Positions 63,405 to 64,000 of a DNA stretch of 64,000 nt are shown one piece after another. The notes below the pieces were generated by a model. The model made no database searches. It had not been told where the DNA came from and saw only the letters and a list, made by a program, of their open reading frames with translations. Each line of letters opens with the position of its first letter. The stretch's first letter is position 1. The translations under genes were made by a program, and so were the position numbers. Location of the stretch: positions 7,768,931-7,832,930 of the forward strand of contig MU057340.1 in NCBI GenBank assembly GCA_013239625.1, written 5' to 3'. Source of the DNA: Lama guanicoe. Lineage: Eukaryota.

Positions 63405-63560
63405 ATGTAGCTGCTACCTCTTGCTGGCTGACGACCCTGCTTCACTTTTCTAAGTCTCAGTACCTTCAACTGTGAAATGGGAATAGTAACATTTTCCTCT
63501 TAGCTCTGCAGCAGGTCGCCACTGAAATAATGTTTATCCTCAGTTGGTGATCAAGAAATG
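63405..63560 (+). mobile_element. MIR SINE fragment
   Basis: tctaagtctcagtaccttcaactgtgaaatgggaatagtaac. Confidence 0.65.
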
Positions 63561-64000
63561 CTAGTTTTCCTTTGCTTTTCATTCCCCTTTACAGATTTGT
63601 TTTTCCTTTCCTTATAGTTGGGGGAGGGGCAGGGGCAGGAAGGCTACTTCTGTGTCATCTCCCAGCGTCACACTTAGAGTTTTCCATGACTTAGCCAGGA
63701 GAGCCTTCAAGCTACACATCCTCCAGATCCAGTCGAGTTATTCATTAACCCATCCCTCTATGACGAGATGCCCGAACTAGGGAGCTGATGAGTTCCTGCA
63801 AGCTCTCCAGGGGTGAGCCGGGTGCTTACCAATCATTATTTCTTCATCGTTTGATTTACAAGACATACACTTATGACCTGGAGGTCTCTGGGCACAGGCA
63901 TCCAAACAGAAGAGAACCATTAAAGTTTAATAAAAGCTCAACGCTTGTGGGTAAAGTTCCAAGTCTGCATGAACCAGAGGCTGGGAAGCCTAAGCTGTCT

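Noticed and set aside
609-63469. The remaining 60-155 aa ORFs in the six-frame track
   Set aside because: No recognisable domains, many non-ATG starts, many inside decayed repeats, and lengths expected by chance in mammalian non-coding DNA.
1-64000. CRISPR array, operon, phage or defence-system organisation
   Set aside because: No regularly spaced repeat-spacer units or gene-dense segments; the sequence is eutherian intergenic/intronic DNA.

Overview
This is mammalian genomic DNA, not prokaryotic: repeat-rich and essentially non-coding. I found no recognisable intact protein-coding gene, rRNA/tRNA gene, operon or CRISPR array. The repeats are eutherian (MIR, L2, old L1M, MaLR MLT1 and ERVL LTRs, MER5/MER46C/MER53 DNA-transposon relics, one tRNA-Ile-derived SINE). 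There are also four short, younger L1 3'-end insertions whose tails resemble cetartiodactyl, most likely camelid, L1 as I recall them. I saw no Alu, B1/B2, BovB/Bov-A, PRE1 or SINEC. The species call is an inference. Four N-gaps (1144-1814, 21151-21330, 38832-38995, 53402-53535) hide about 1.15 kb; the first abuts a CpG-rich promoter/enhancer-like segment. The only ORF with a recognisable product is a pseudogenised L1 ORF2 endonuclease fragment (12729-13121). The best-supported observations are retrotransposition footprints: an L1 3' transduction with an exact 13-bp TSD, three twin-priming 5' inversions, a TSD-less internal L1 EN piece interrupting a MER5, and a 29-bp insertion with a 17-bp TSD. 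There is also a MER53 (miR-1302-type) hairpin, plus speculative exon and enhancer candidates. I could not support a novel multi-gene biological system in this window. Repeat subfamily names come from recalled consensus sequences and boundaries are approximate; both need RepeatMasker/Dfam confirmation.
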